This document shows, in pieces, positions 53,981 to 64,000 of a stretch of 64,000 bases of DNA. Under the pieces are notes generated by a model that was not told the origin of the DNA, ran no database searches, and saw only the letters and a program-made list of their open reading frames with translations. A program made the position numbers and the translations under genes. This DNA is from Moniliella sp. 'wahieum' (taxonomy: Eukaryota), in contig RSEE01000020.1 in NCBI GenBank assembly GCA_003971905.1, positions 620,001-684,000 of the forward strand. The letters run 5' to 3'. The first letter of the stretch is position 1. The number at the start of each line of letters is the position of its first letter.

Positions 53981-56900
53981 GAACTCGGGGGCGAAATGCG
54001 AATCATCCGGGCATTATATGACAGTGGGGCATTCCCATCCATTTGGAAAGACAAATCCGTCTTCACATCCATGACCCCTTGCGACGACGAGATAGAGGTT
54101 GCTAACGGGACACATGTAAAGGCGGAAGGACGAGGCACGGCCACAATCCGTATCCGATGCTTAGGAGGACACCAAATGGAGATAAAACTCCCCAACAGCC
54201 TATACATGCCCCGTTTCAGCCGAAATCTCGTCAGTGTAGCACACCTGTCGAACACCGGAATCGCATCATACTTCGCCCCACACCAGAAGGGTATCTGGCT
54301 TGGTAACCCAGGATCCACCCTACGAAAAGTAACCGGCAGTGACTATCAATTCACGATCTTACACAACCCGCGAACGCCACCCACACCCCTGCGGGCCATG
54401 GCGACCAAACCGATCAAACCGGCCGACCCACCCTCAACCCCAAACTCCCTCGCAGCATCCCTGGCCCTGGACCACGTCTCTAAAGCCCACAAACGCTGGA
54501 ACCACGCAGCCATCGACCTCCTCCCCTGGCTTACACGATCGGAAACCGCAGGCCTCCGCGTCACAGCCAAGCATATCTCCCTCTGTCGTTCAGAGTGGGA
54601 TTGCCCAACATGCGCGGTGGCACTAGCGACAGCATCGCCCCATCCGAGCCGGGACCGCCTCCGATCCAAAAGACCTTTCGAGGTCCTCCACGTCGACGTA
54701 GTAGACCTCCCCCGGGTAACCGGCATGGGGCACGGATACGCCCTCGTCGCCGTTGATGACTTCACGCGGTACGTCTTCACCACAGCGATCCCGACAAAGG
54801 GCGCTGCAACGAAGGAACTGCGGAACCTCATATTGCGGGCAACGCTACGGCCCGGACAGACTGCTGCGGACTTTGCGCACGGACAACGCCCCCGAATTGA
54901 CAAGCGCACTGCAACCTTTTCTGGACGAGCAAGGCATCACGTCAGAACGGACAATCCCGGGGCAGAGTGCTAGCAACGGTGTGGCTGAGCGTGCCATCCG
55001 AACCATAACGACTCGTGCAAGGCAGTTGCTCTTGGGTACAGGTCTTCCGACGTCGGACTGGTGGGAACACAGCCTCCACGCTGCGTGCTTCACCCAAAAC
55101 CAAATGCCACTCAAAACATCCGGGGAAGACAACAAATCGCGATTTGAGCGATACAAAGGCCACGCATACTCGTTACCGATGCAACCCTTTGGCCGCGTTG
55201 CATACCTCCATCTGCCCGAGTCACGCCGCGAGCACAAGCTCAGCGCGCGGGCAGAGGAAGGTATGCTGGTAGGATACCACCATCAGCGCGGATCAAAGGG
55301 ATGGCTCTTCGCCACATACCAACCATCCCTGGGTACCTTCACCTACCGCTGGTCGAAACCGTACAAATGGGGCAACGCCATCTACCCCCATCTCCACCCC
55401 GACCACTTCCCACCCGACATCTCCAAATCACCTCAAATTAAAATCGACAGTGAAAAAGACGCTAACCCTACTCCGCCAGCCGCGGCAGCACCCATGCCCC
55501 GAACCGCCGCCACACCCCAGACACCCGCTCCCACCACCACCCCCCCCCGCGCCGCTACCCCCTCCGCCAGCGCACCACCCGCACCTCCCTCGACCTGCAC
55601 ACACTCCCAATCGCTGACGACCCCACCGACACGACCTACCATGCTCGTGCTGCAGCCGCCACGCCCCACTGCGCCGCACCAGAGATCGGCATCGCCCGCC
55701 CCCTACCTGACACATCCGCCCCCCCGTTTGCCGACACAGTTCAACCTCCCGAATACGCCGCCATGACTGCTCTCAGCGCACCCATCCACCCGGACACGGT
55801 TCAGCTCACCAAGGATGGCGTACCCCTCGCTCCCAAGACGCTCAAGGGTCTCGAGACTCACCCCTCCTTTGCCATGGTCAAGCAGGCTATGGCCGACGAG
55901 GTGGCCACACTCGCGCGATACGGCACCTACGAGGCTACGTACCCACCACCGGGTGCACAAATCCTCATAGGACTATGGCGCATCACCACAAAGACGGACG
56001 CCGAGGGCCGGTTCCTGCGCCACCGCGCGCGCTTTGTCGCGGGCGGACACCAACAATCGGCCGAGACTTGGGGCCAGACGTTCGCACCATCGGTGCGCAC
56101 ACCTGCCATCCTGACCCTCGTCGTGCTGGCCGAGAAGTATAAGTTTGGCCTCTTCTCGGCGGACGTCAATGCAGCGTACCTGAACGCCCCCCTCGAAGAA
56201 GCAGTCTACATCCGCCCACCCCCCTACTTCCCCGAAGCGGGTGGTCGCGTGTGGCGTCTCAAGAAGAGTCTATACGGGCTACATCAGAGCGGAGCAAACT
56301 GGGCACGATACATCCGGAACCTGCTGCGTGACAAGCTCGGCTTCACGCAAAGCTTGACCGAGCCCTGCTTGTTCGTGCGCGCTGCACCACCGGGTGAGCA
56401 GATCCTCCTGGCGGTCCACACCGACGATCTGCTCCTCGCATGCAAGTCACACCAAAAGTACGAGGAGTTTATGGCCGAGATAAACACACACATTGATGTT
56501 CGTGGTAACGGTCCCCTTCACTACCACCTGGGATGCCAATACGATCGGATCGGTGGGGAGCTGTACCTGAGCCAACCAAAGTTCATCGAGGAAGTGGTGG
56601 CAAAGCACCACATCAAAGCCCCGTGGATCCGGACTCTCCCACATCCCGTACGGATGATACCGCCCCGTGCCGACCCTGAACCCCCATCCCTCCCAGCCTT
56701 GCGCAAGGCATATCAGGGGAAGATCGGATCGGGACTGTGGGCTGCACGAATGGGCCGGCCTGACTCCCTCTTCGCTATCACGGCCCTCAGCAGAGCCGCT
56801 GCCGACCCATCGCAGCAGCATCATCAAGCAGTCGATGACTTCCTTCGCTACCTGTACCATACTCGAGGAAAGGGCCTGAGGTTGACCCCAACATCAGATG

Positions 56901-57421
56901 CACCGGCCATTGCGCTGTATACAGATTCCGACTTGGCGGGAGATCCCATCCAGGCACGCTCCACATCTGGATGCCTACTGATGGTGTACGGTGTGCCGGT
57001 GTCGTGGCGATCCATTCTTCAGCCGAAGAGCGTTACCAGTACCGCCGCCGCCGAATATACGGCAGGATATGATGGACTGGTTGACGCCAACTATGTCAAG
57101 AACATCATGATCGAGCTTGGGGCCATCGGCGAGGGTACACCCATTCATTGGTATTGCGACAATAAGTCTGTCGTCGATCTCGCCCACAAATTTGGCAGCA
57201 CCGGCAAGCTCCGAGAGCTGAAGATCCGGTACCACAATGTACGGCAACACGTGGACTCGGGCGAGGCCATACTTGTACACATCCCCGGCGAAAGGAACCC
57301 AGCGGACGTCCTCACCAAGCCTCTCGGCCGTCCCGCCCTGACAAGCCATCTTGCTCAACTCCGCGTCGAGGAGATGGATCCAGTCCACATGACTGGGCCC
57401 TCCGGTCAGCGGGGGTGTTGA
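53981..57421 (+). CDS. Retrotransposon Pol: protease, integrase, reverse transcriptase, RNase H
   Basis: PR LYDSGA; IN HKRWNH..CPTC, LHVDV, LRTDN, NGVAER; RT ADVNAAYLNAPL, LKKSLYGLHQSGANW, VHTDD; RH YTDSDLAGD, AEY, CDNKS, NPADVLTKPL. Stop codon lies inside the 3' LTR. Confidence 0.97.
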
Positions 57422-57575
57422 CATCCGTCCTAGGACCGCGCGGACCCTGAGTCACGTGAGTCAGCTTTCATTCCTTCCGAGCTCGCACCAGTCTTCTGGA
57501 CGAGTCAGTCGCAGAAGCTTCTTAGTCCAATACGACGTTCAGTGCTCACATTCTGTGGTAGTAGCGAGGCCGACA
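57416..57575 (+). repeat. 3' LTR (160 bp)
   Basis: Near-identical copy of 52523-52681, preceded by a polypurine tract. Confidence 0.97.
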
Positions 57576-57950
57576 ACGTCTCGTGGTCACTGGGGGGGCG
57601 GAAGGGGGAAGCGAGAGAAGGCGTCAAGAATCGCGGGAGTACGTTACCGCGCAGTTGGGGGTAAGCGGGCGAGGGCCAGGCTACCGTCTGCGCCTCCAAT
57701 TGGACGGGCCACTGGCCATTGGTACGCGACGGGCCGCGCTCTCGTTCTTGGCGTGCCACGGGGGGTCCAAGCGCCAGACGCCGCCCACGCCCGGACGGCG
57801 CTCGTAGAGGATGGCGTCGAGGTGTTGGCCGGTGGGCGTGTCAGCGGTCAGGTCGCGCAAAGCCACGAGCCCCGCGATGCCGCCGCCGACGACAGCGATG
57901 TGCTGGGGATGGGGCACGGGCAGGACGGGGAGGCCGGTTGGGGTGCTCAT
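57576..57950 (-). pseudogene. Flavin-containing monooxygenase, 5' part (FAD-binding Rossmann fold)
   Basis: MSTPTG...HIAVVGGGIAGLVAL...ILYERRPGVGGVW...WPSPAYPQLRGNV...DHET; TATA-like tatata at ~58029. Confidence 0.88.
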
Positions 57951-58654
57951 GGCGAGGGAGGGCACGCTGCTCCCGGCGGGACGGGGTGTGGGGGGGCGGG
58001 CGGAGACGGGCGGGCGGAGGCGGTGGGATATATACGGTCGTGCTGGGCGATGCGATGGCGTGCTGCGGCGCAACAAGAAACTAATAGCCTGCAATAGCCG
58101 CTGGCCTGCCGCACCACAGGAGGCTTGGCTTGGCGGGGCATCGGTGCAACGGCTGCGTGGGCCGTCGCTTGTCTCGCCATCGCCGTCCCCCGCACGCACC
58201 ATCCTTAGGCCTTATCGCTTGTCCAGGATCGCTCTGGCGCTCGCACAACTCCCGCCCTCGCCTCGTAGTCGCACTCACACCCCCGTCACGTCACGGCGCG
58301 TCAGCCTCGGCACTGGATGCGAATACACACCTCCTGCATCCTCCTGCACCAGGCCTCCCGCTGTCTCAATCTCAACCCACTTTGTTGGCCCAGCGTCTTT
58401 TTCTCTCAGACGGCAGTAGGCACTAGCACCGGCCCAGCCGCATCTCGAACAGCCACGAACAGCCACTACGGCACCACCACCCATCCTCCGTACCCATACC
58501 TACCCGGCCCCATCCCGCCGCTTCATGGGCCCTCCCCCCCACCTGCTGCAAACACGCGTCCCACGCAATATATGGATGAGGCGACCGATCCAATAGCCGC
58601 CCCCCCCCCCCCGCTTCGCCGCATCGCTTGGCAGCCATCACCAAGGGAGGGAGA

Positions 58655-60932
58655 TCAACGCAAGCGAGACTTGCCATTGGCATAGTCGAATCCATACCCG
58701 GGTTGCGGCGCCGACCAACGGCCGCCCTGGGCGGCGAGGGGCGCATAGGTGGCCTGCGAAGCGGTGGCCCATCGACTGACATTTTCTTGCATCGTCTGCC
58801 AGTCTTCCTCCGTTGGCACAGCCAGCTCCTCCGACACATCGTACACATACACCCGCCCATCCGCGCCGCCCGTCGCGACGTGTCGTCCGCCGCGACTGAA
58901 CGAGAGTTTGTTCAGCGCGCGGCCGGTGCCCACGGGCGTACGCACAATCGGCCGCTCCGAGTCAAGGTTGAGGTTGTAAAAGTCCAGGTTGCCCACCCCG
59001 TCCACCTGAGCAAACACAGCAGGTGGGTGGGGTGCCAGGAAATGTCATAGACATAATCGTTGCTCTCATCAAAACTGAGCAAGGGAGTGTGGAGAGTGGA
59101 AGCGGTGCCTGACTCGGAGCGCGTCCTCGCCGCTCGGGTGCAGCAGGCTTTTTGTCCGCCGCGGGCGCTGCCCCCGTCGACGCACGCCACAGACGGGAAG
59201 TCCAGTCCATGCTACTGCTCAAGACCAGGTCCGAGAGGTCCACCTGCCCCGAAGCCGGGTGGTAGGAAAGCCCTGTTACAGGTGCCGCATGGGGAGGCAG
59301 GAAGCGTTCCGCCACGCTGATCCCGGCCCGCGTTCCGGCACGGTCAAATCGCTGGGCGGAATAAAGCGCGCCATCTTCACACCCAACGAGGAACGTGTTG
59401 GTCTCCTGCGCGGCAAAGGCGAGCGCGGTAACGTTGGCTTCGGTCCAATGTGCCGACGCTCCGACCGACGCAGCCTCCGCTCGTCCGGGGGGGTGGTCAA
59501 CTCGATCCGCTGGAGCGGGTGCGAGAGCTGGTCCAGCATCCACGTGCACACCGATCCATCCGTATCCGCCGAGGTGATGTGGTGGGCGTTGCGGGTTCCG
59601 ACCAAAGTAACGTTGTACACCGGATGGGTATGGCCATTGTTAGCGCTCAAGGGACTCTTGAGGACGGGCAAGGCCCGCGCACGCGTATCCCACAGCACGA
59701 TTTGCCCCGAGTATGTTCCGCCTACAACCAAATTGGGGTGGAAGGGAGAGAGTGCGACCGACAGCACATCCACGGGGGCATGGAAGACAAATTCGGGTCG
59801 GCTGAGAAGGTGCATGTTCCAGACACACGCCAGTCCATCTGGCGCATTGTCGTCCAACGCGCCAATTCCCGCAGGGGTGAGCGACTTGGAGTACGCCGCG
59901 ACGCATAGTTCGGGGTGAAGGGTGACCAATCGATGGAGGTTACGGAGCGGTGCTTGAGAAGCTGTTCGTCCCAGAAGGTGCGACTGAGCTCAATACTGGC
60001 CTCCCCGCCCGTTTGAGCCCGCAAGCCCGCAGCGTCGTCCACGCGATAATCCGCCAGGACATCGTAACTGTCCGTCAGAGCACGTTCGACGATGCGCGTG
60101 CTCTGCTCAAGGAAGGAGGCCAAATCGTTGCCTTTACCGGATCGAGCGACCTCTTCCTGCGTCAAGACACGAATGTCCTGCTCAATTTCCCGCTCCAGCG
60201 CTTCCTCCTGGGCACGAAGGTGTTCGTGTTCCTTGGCCGCGCGCAGGATAGCTTCCACCTCCTCTGCACTCAGGTCGGATCCGGCCAGCTGCTCCAGCAC
60301 ATGGTGCCGCACTTTTTTTTTCTTCCCGCACTTAGGCCCTGCACCGTCCCATCCGCACCCACCCGCACGCCCCGCACCTCAGCCTCCACCCCATCCCTCG
60401 GACTGGCGTCATCCTCCTCGGTCCCAGTCGACGTAGTCTGCACTTCCTTTGTGTAGTACAGCTTCTCACGCGGGGCAACCTCGAACAACTCGGTGACTTG
60501 GCTGATGAGCGTCGTGCCCGCGGTGCCCGATTGGACCGAGGGGAAGCCGGTGCGGCTCCGCTGGCGCTCGCGCCCGGCTGACGGGGGTCTCCTGGCCTGG
60601 TTCGGGATACGGGCTGCGGAGAGAAGTGCGTCGAGAGCTTACCAGGGAAGCGACTAGGTCGTCCAAGTCGCGGCGTGCGCTGGCACTGGCACGGGGGGAG
60701 GCACTGGTGGGGCCGGTGGCGGTCGAGGCGCGGCTGTCGGGGCGGCCGTCGGGAGTGGAGGCATCTTTGGCGCGCGCATCGGCCAGGCGGCGAGTGGTGC
60801 GCTCTTCGCGTGCGCGCTTGAGCTCCGCAAGGCGCGCACGCTTCGCCTCGATCTCGGCGCGGCGGCGCGACTCTCCGCTTCCGAGCGAGCTCTCGGCGAG
60901 GGTGGGGTGGTGGGGGCGGGCGGGCGAAGCAT
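58655..60932 (-). CDS. Cytoplasmic dynein intermediate chain (WD40)
   Basis: N-terminal coiled coil RRAEIEAKRARLAELKRAREER; LYYTKEVQT (LC8-binding); FLEQSTRIVERAL; RSVTSIDWS..HPEL; GGTYSGQIVLWD; GHTHPVY; LSSSMDWT; YVYDISWHPTH. Confidence 0.92.
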
Positions 60933-61182
60933 GGCCTCGGCCCAGGGGGAGGCCCTGTGTGGCGCGCGAGGCTCAGGGCGGCTGGGATTGAACATTGCAA
61001 GTGCGTGGCCATCCATGCGACGTAGCAGTTGAAATTGCATTTCGCGGCCAGGGTGATCGGTACAACCTCCGCCCGTGATTTTTTGCTGTCTTTTGGGTCG
61101 GGCCAGCGCTGGCCTTGGGCCGCTTGAGCTTTACGGCCCGCTGCCCCCGCCTCTTTCCCGCGTGCTGGAACCTGCCACCACG

Positions 61183-63605
61183 ATGGGCAAGAAGGCAAGG
61201 GCAACTCGGCCGAAAAGGCGATGGCCAAGGCGGCCAAAAAGGCCAAGCAAGAGAAGAGTGCGCAGAAAAAAGCGCTCAAAGACCAACGCAAAGCACAGGA
61301 GCGGGCGGATGCGCACCTGCCCAAACAGGGCAAGAAGGCAAGCAGGCCAAAGGCCAACAAGGGCAAGAAGGCCAAGGCCGAGGAGGAGGACTTGGATGCG
61401 CTGCTGGAACAGTTCAAAAAGGACTGGGAGAACGAACATCAAGTTCAAGAGGAACGTCAGTCCGGCCCGCCCTCGCGTAGGGCCAACGCTACCCTTACCG
61501 CCTGTCCGTTGGGCACGGACCTTTGGCTGTTTGGCGGGGAGTATTTTGATGGGGAGAGGTAGGTGTCCTCGGGTTGTGCATGTCGATGTGGGTTGGGGGA
61601 GTGGCTGATCGATTTATCTTTTTTTTTTCTCTCTCTCTCTTGCTGGACAGTGCCAACTTTTATACGGACCTCTTCCGCTACACTCCCCACTCGGGTCCTG
61701 TTTCCAAAATGGAGCGTCTGGGACTCGATTCCGATTCGGAGGAGGACGAAGAGGAAGGCGCGGCTACCGAGGTCAAAGATCTAGGTGTGGGCGGACGTAC
61801 TCGTCGCAGAACCAACCGGGTCCGCGAAGTGCCCATCAGATGGTTGCAACTCCGCAACAGGGGGGCTTCTCTGGCTCTTTGGGGGCGAATTTGCCTCGCA
61901 GCGCATGACCTCCTTCCACCACTACCGGGATCTGTGGGTGTTTAGCATTGCTGACAAGACGTGGGAGCGAATTGAGACGCGAATCAAGCCGAGCGCACGC
62001 TCGGGACACCGCATGGCAGCATGGAAAAACTTTCTGGTCCTCTTTGGTGGCTTTGTCGACACGGGCGCCCGTACCACGTACCTCAACGATCTCTGGCTCT
62101 TCGATATGGACCAATACAAGTGGATCGAGCTAAGCCAGAACGACTTTCGTCGCCCAGGGCCACGGTCGGGATTCTCCTTCCTCCCCACGCAGGATGGCGT
62201 GGTGCTCCATGGCGGTACTGCAAGCGGTACATCAAGGGCCAGCGCGCCCAGGGGGTGCAACTGGAGGATACGTGGATGCTCAAGCTGGTCGAATCCACAC
62301 CGACGCTGCAGAATCCATTGGGCGTCAAGGCCGAGTGGGTACGGCGACGCAAAATTGGCTATGCTCCCAACCCTCCGCGCAGTGGGTGCACCATGGCCCT
62401 CTGGCCCACGAGGCAGATGGGTGTTCTGTTTGGTGGCGTGTCGGATACCGAGCGCGACGAGGAGAGCCTCGAGTCTACCTTTTACAATGCGTTGTATGGG
62501 TATCAGCTGCCCGGTGCAGGTCGATGGATTTCGCTCAACCTGCGTCGCCCAAAGAATGGGCGGACAGGGGGGCAAAAGAAACGCGCCAAGGCTGCTGCTG
62601 CGGCGGCAGCGGCAGCGGCCAAGGCTGAGGAGATTGCTCGGAGGCAGCAAGAACAGGAGGAAGAACGGAGAGCATGGGACGACGAGGGTCCGATTCGGAC
62701 GAGGAGACGAAAGACAAGTCGTCTGTTCCCGCTGCTATCCCTCCTCCGGTTGCATCGGCCAAAGACGATTTGCTGGCCCAAGCTGCCACGGCATCTGCTG
62801 CGCCCGAATACGACGACCCGGACGATCCTCTAAAAACAGTGCCGCTGGAGGTACAACCATGCTGGCTGTGCAGCGCAACACATTGTACCTCTATGGCGGC
62901 ATCTATGAGCAGGGCGACCGCGAGTACACCCTCGACGATTTTTACACCCTTGACTTGGTCAAGATGACGCGGTATCACTGTCTCCGTGCCTGTCCCATTG
63001 ACGCATTGGATTGGCACGATAGCGAGTCCGACTTGGATTCGGACGAAGATGAGGACGAAGATGAGGAGGGGGAGGAAGAGGAGGAGGAGGGGATTCGGAC
63101 GACGACGGGGAGAGTCCCGAAGGGGTCGAGTTTACCGAGGAGCGTGCGGATCATGATTCGGACTATGACGACGACGAGCTGGATCCCGAAGAGCGGCGCG
63201 GCTGGCCAAGGAGAAGGAGCTGCGCGCGCGGGCAACCACATTTCTTGGGGTCAGCAAGGACACGAGCCGGTCGGAGGAGGAGTGCTGCGACGCCCATGGT
63301 GGGGGAGACGGTGGCGGCGTTCTACGAGCGGAGCAAGCTGTACTGGTCCCAGCTGGCCTTGGCCCAGGCGAGAGCGCGGCTGGCGCGGGCGGGCTGGCGG
63401 GGCAGGCAGAGGCGCTGCGCGGCAAGGAGCTGCGGCGCAAGGCGTTCGACCTGGCCAACAGCGCGTACGACGAGTACCGCCCGCTGCTGCGGGAGATTGA
63501 GCCATCCACCGCGACGCCGGGCTGGACCCAGCCGACGTCAAGCACGGGCCAGGGCCAGCGGGGACGCAGCCGAGCGTGGGGCTGGCGAGTCGGAACCGGC
63601 GATGA
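61183..63605 (+). CDS. KEL3: Kelch-repeat protein Kel3/KLHDC4 with DUF4110-like C-terminus
   Basis: PSRRANATL, LWLFGGEYFDG, FGGEF...FHHYRDLW, PSARSGHRM, FGGFVDT..YLNDLW, E.TLDDFY.LDL, TPMVGETVAAFYERSKLYW and GKELRRKAFDLA. Confidence 0.92.
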
Positions 63606-64000
63606 GGATGACTAGTGACTAGTGGCGCTAGTGACGAGTCTGCTGAGATGAATGAGATGCATCGGCAATCCACACTCCAGCCCCGTGCGTTTAGGGTTTA
63701 CCCCACTGTGTTACACCCAGTACCACGTGGGCTGCCTACGTAAGCATCGAACTGCGCCGGATAATAGCATTACTTGCGTGTTATACGCCAGGCGGATGCG
63801 TCCGGCCGAGGGTGGCCTGCGCGCCGACGGAGGCACCGGCCGGCACAGGGCCAGTGTGGCACGTGCCAGCCGCCGCAACGCAGCGCCTCTACTCCTCGCA
63901 GACTGACGCAGCTGCGAGGCGGCACACAGCCAGCCACAGCGCCATCGCATCCCAGCGCCCGCCGCACCCCAACCAGCCCGCACCACCACCCGCCAGGGGA

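Larger units (their letters stand above)
52523..57575 (+). mobile_element. Complete Ty1/copia LTR retrotransposon, 5053 bp, 5-bp TSD ACGTC
   Basis: TG..CA LTRs at 52523-52681 and 57416-57575; ACGTC at 52518-52522 and 57576-57580; domain order gag-PR-IN-RT-RH; purine tract AGCGGGGG before the 3' LTR. Confidence 0.98.

Overview
Gene-dense fungal (basidiomycete-like; Ustilaginomycotina is only an inference) nuclear DNA with short GT..AG introns. About 24 protein-coding genes are recognisable: UFD2 3' end, PDCD5, DnaJ, SR protein, AP-3 mu, PUT2, NUP-family protein, a bacterial-like NAD(P)H flavin reductase, NDUFA8, CDC7, uL13m, NDUFA13, DUF3429, AXL2-like, an Ayg1-like hydrolase with a signal peptide, Nudix, multi-RRM protein, CWC21, ankyrin protein, APC5, a compact Sin3 paralogue, an FMO, dynein intermediate chain and KEL3. 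Nearly every gene, including essential ones, has several 1-nt frameshifts, so this is almost certainly an unpolished long-read consensus. Frameshifts are therefore not treated as pseudogenisation, and multi-exon gene spans are approximate. The clearest accessory feature is a young, complete 5053-bp Ty1/copia LTR retrotransposon (159/160-bp LTRs, ACGTC target-site duplication) inserted in the FMO coding sequence. Its gag and pol are in frame and separated by a single TAG (candidate stop-codon read-through), it has a non-standard primer-binding site, and its LTR carries a TGAGTCA-CACGTG-TGAGTCA element. No tRNA, rRNA, snRNA or CRISPR array could be supported.
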